From Ruditapes philippinarum (lineage: Eukaryota), in assembly GCF_026571515.1 (NCBI RefSeq), contig NW_026859993.1:124001-188000 (forward strand): DNA of 64,000 bases, in the 5' to 3' direction. Positions 63,363 to 64,000 of the stretch are shown here, piece after piece. Position numbers and translations under genes: made by a program. The notes below the pieces were generated by a model, which worked only from the letters and a program-made list of their open reading frames with translations, was not told the origin of the DNA and did not search any database. Within the stretch, counting starts at the first letter, position 1. Each line of letters begins with the position of its first letter.

Positions 63363-64000
63363 TTTTAGCTTGACTATTCGATAAGAATAAGTAGAGCTAT
63401 TGTAGTCACCCGAGCGTCGGCGTCGGCGTAACCACTTTTGCTAAAGTTTTTGTGATAGTTTAAATATTTTCAAAGTCCATTGACATATGGCTTTGAAACT
63501 TTGCACACTTGTTTACAATCATGACCCCAACATGTAGACAGGAGGAGGTAACTCTATTAAGCATTTTGACAGAATTATGCCCCTTTTTCGACTTAGAATT
63601 TACGTTAAAGTTTTGTAATAGTTCAAATATTTTCAAAGTCCATTGACATATGGCTTTGAAACTTTGCACACTTATTCACCATAATGACTCCAACATGTTG
63701 ACAGGAGGAGGTAACTCTATCAAGTATTTTGACAGAATTATGCCCCTTTTTCGACTTAGAATTTACGTTAAAGTTTTTGTAATAGTTTAAATATTCTCAA
63801 AGTCCATTGACATATGGCTTTGAAACTTTGCACACTTGTTCACCATCATGACCCCAACCTGTAGACAGGAGGAGGTAACTCTATCAAGCATTTTGACAGA
63901 ATTATGCCCCTTTTTCGACTTAGAATTTAAGTTAAAGTTTTTGTAATAGTTCAAATATTTTCAAAGTCCATTGACATATGGCTTTGAAACTTGCACACTT
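63363..64000 (+). mobile_element. Second copy of the 164-bp-repeat HINE-like element, running off the window
   Basis: Same 5' end (ttttagcttgactattcgataagaataagtagagctattg) and repeat unit as 58594..59506. Confidence 0.85.

Noticed and set aside
63093-63384. YI-repeat ORFs
   Set aside because: Translation of the (AT)n microsatellite.

Overview
AT-rich eukaryotic DNA, probably from a bivalve mollusc (inferred from the repeat types and receptor family). The core is a minus-strand tandem array of nine single-coding-exon Cys-loop (nAChR-like) receptor loci: three intact, one running off the window edge, two with single-base frameshifts and three pseudogenes or fragments. The array includes a three-gene segmental duplication (about 1-20.4 kb vs 41.6-52.9 kb). 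The receptors keep the Cys-loop and a cation-type M2 but lack the aromatic acetylcholine-binding residues and the vicinal loop C cysteines, so they are candidate non-cholinergic or chemosensory channels. Intergenic DNA holds a decayed Gypsy element, two RTE-X-like LINEs, Penelope-like elements of two clades, mariner and Kolobok-like DNA elements, SINEs and Helentron-associated (HINE-like) elements with about 165-bp internal repeats. Manual folding gives three classes of self-cleaving ribozyme candidate: an HDV-like fold at the 5' end of a 369-bp TSD-flanked insert, a twister-like fold (with a degenerate SECIS-like hairpin upstream) in a Naiad-like 3' UTR, and paired hammerheads in an inverted Penelope repeat. 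All alignments and folds were done by eye and need computational and experimental confirmation.
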